Positions 62,501 through 64,000 of a stretch of DNA of 64,000 bases are shown one piece after another (the stretch's first letter is position 1; every line of letters begins with the position of its first letter). Location: NCBI GenBank assembly GCA_002269645.1, contig NIVC01000001.1:2046001-2110000 (forward strand), given 5' to 3'. Source of the DNA: Macrostomum lignano. Taxonomy: Eukaryota. The position numbers and the translations under genes are program-made. The notes beneath the pieces are model-generated. The model was not told the origin of the DNA, did not search any database, and saw nothing but the letters and a program-made list of their open reading frames with translations.

Positions 62501-63319
62501 TTTAGTTTCTGTCGAATGTCTGTCAGCCTATGCAACAGTCAAATTTCATCACAGCAAGAGTCCAATGCGGGACTAACTGAGCAACCTGCACATCCACGGT
62601 AATTGAACAGGAAAGAATCGCGTGCACAGTGATTTTAACAAATTATTTACCCGCTGTGTGTTTTGCCAATCTTGCATTAATTATCCCAATTAGCAAAGCG
62701 CACTGCCTTGAGTCCGAAAGCTCAACAGCAGCGGTTTCACCGATTGCATCCGCTGAAATGCCAGCAGGTGCAGTAAAATTTCCGTTCTGTCTACCTGAGC
62801 CGAACTCTGTACGGATACCCAGAAAATTATACTGAGACAGAAGTGCAAATCTGTGAATGAAGCACAGTAAACATGTTTGATAAATATCATATCTGAATAA
62901 TTAGCCAGATAGATACAGACTGTTTATCCAGATAAAAAGACTGTTATCCAGCTTGAAAAACCTGTTTATCCAGATACAGACCAGACTATCTAAGCCAAAC
63001 TGATTACTCAGTTCAAGCCAAGAGAGAAGACCGTGATCAATCACGCCGTGGCTGAGTCTTCGGTCAACTTATCATTGCTGAGAGCGGCAGAATGAAGCGA
63101 ATCAAATTCTGTTTGAAGCTATCTTCGAAACTATCTTTTGAAGGTATTCTATAAGCATTCTCGCTCTTTATTATACACTGAGGCTGCTTATCGGGACCTT
63201 TGAACTTAAAACTAAAAGCTTTCATTGCGATATCACTGTAAAGGTTTGTCTTTCTGAATTCTGCGTCTCGTGTAAAAGGACATCAGGCATTCTTCCTTAA
63301 AACCAATGTATTTTTGACG

Positions 63320-63868
63320 CCCACTGCCTTCTGCTGACATCCACACTGCCTTCAGCTGACATCCACACTGCCTTCTGCTGACATCCACACTGCCTTCAGC
63401 TGACATCCACACTGCCTTCAGCTGACATCCACACTGCCTTCAGCTGACATCCACACTGCCTTCTGCTGACATCCACACTGCCTTCAGCTGACATCCACAC
63501 TGCCTTCAGCTGACATCCACACTGCCTTCAGCTGACATCCACACTGCCTTCAGCTGACATCCACACTGCCTTCTGCTGACATCCACACTGCCTTCAGCTG
63601 ACATCCACACTGCCTTCAGCTGACATCCACACTGCCTTCTGCTGACATCCACACTGCCTTCTGCTGACATCCACACTGCCTTCAGCTGACATCCACACTG
63701 CCTTCTGCTGACATCCACACTGCCTTCAGCTGACATCCACACTGCCTTCTGCTGACATCCACACTGCCTTCTGCTGACATCCACACTGCCTTCAGCTGAC
63801 ATCCACACTGCCTTCAGCTGACATCCACACTGCCTTCAGCTGACATCCACACTGCCTTCTGCTGACAC
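63320..63868. repeat. 22-bp minisatellite, ~25 copies
   Basis: Unit CCACACTGCCTTC(A/T)GCTGACAT. Confidence 0.96.
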
Positions 63869-63892
63869 ATACAGTTCTTTCAAATATTGAAA

Positions 63893-63990
63893 ATGTTTAT
63901 CCAGATAGATAGAGTCTGTTTATCCAGATAGATAGAGACTGTTTATCCATATAGATAGAGACTGTTTATCCATATAGATAGAGACTGTTT
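63893..63990. repeat. 23-bp tandem repeat, ~4 copies
   Basis: Unit TGTTTATCCA(G/T)ATAGATAGAGAC. Related degenerate units at 62900-62990. Confidence 0.85.
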
Positions 63991-64000
63991 GTTCCAATAG

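Overview
Eukaryotic (metazoan) genomic DNA, not prokaryotic. It has spliced GC-rich genes with GT-AG introns, AT-rich CpG-depleted patches of decayed transposons, and very dense mini- and microsatellites. This style resembles repeat-rich invertebrate genomes such as the flatworm Macrostomum, but the taxon is inference only. Gene models were built by hand with splice-phase checks. They are: a 4-exon Q/P/S-rich orphan (+, 9881-14016), a 2-exon Ap4A-hydrolase-like Nudix protein that has lost its catalytic glutamates (-, 16891-17769), an SCP-type EF-hand protein (-, 23073-23681) with a duplicated 3' end at 18.5-19.25 kb, TAF5 (-, 6 exons), an ARHGAP12/15/27-type PH-RhoGAP (+, 6 exons), an orphan single-pass membrane ORF (-, 51794-52495) and an intronless rhodopsin-family GPCR (+, 60665-61969). 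Mobile elements include a full-length but decayed Ty3/gypsy inserted in a minisatellite (204-bp LTRs, 5-bp TSD), a 3.8-kb Mutator-like element (long TIRs, 9-bp TSD), a hAT-type MITE (8-bp TSD), a Merlin/IS1595 transposase relic, three non-LTR retrotransposon fragments, a CORE-like SINE and palindromic MITEs. No CRISPR, rRNA or bona fide tRNA gene was seen. I found no clear multi-gene novel system. The best leads are the Nudix pseudoenzyme, the cargo-carrying MULE and the transposon-focused CpG depletion.
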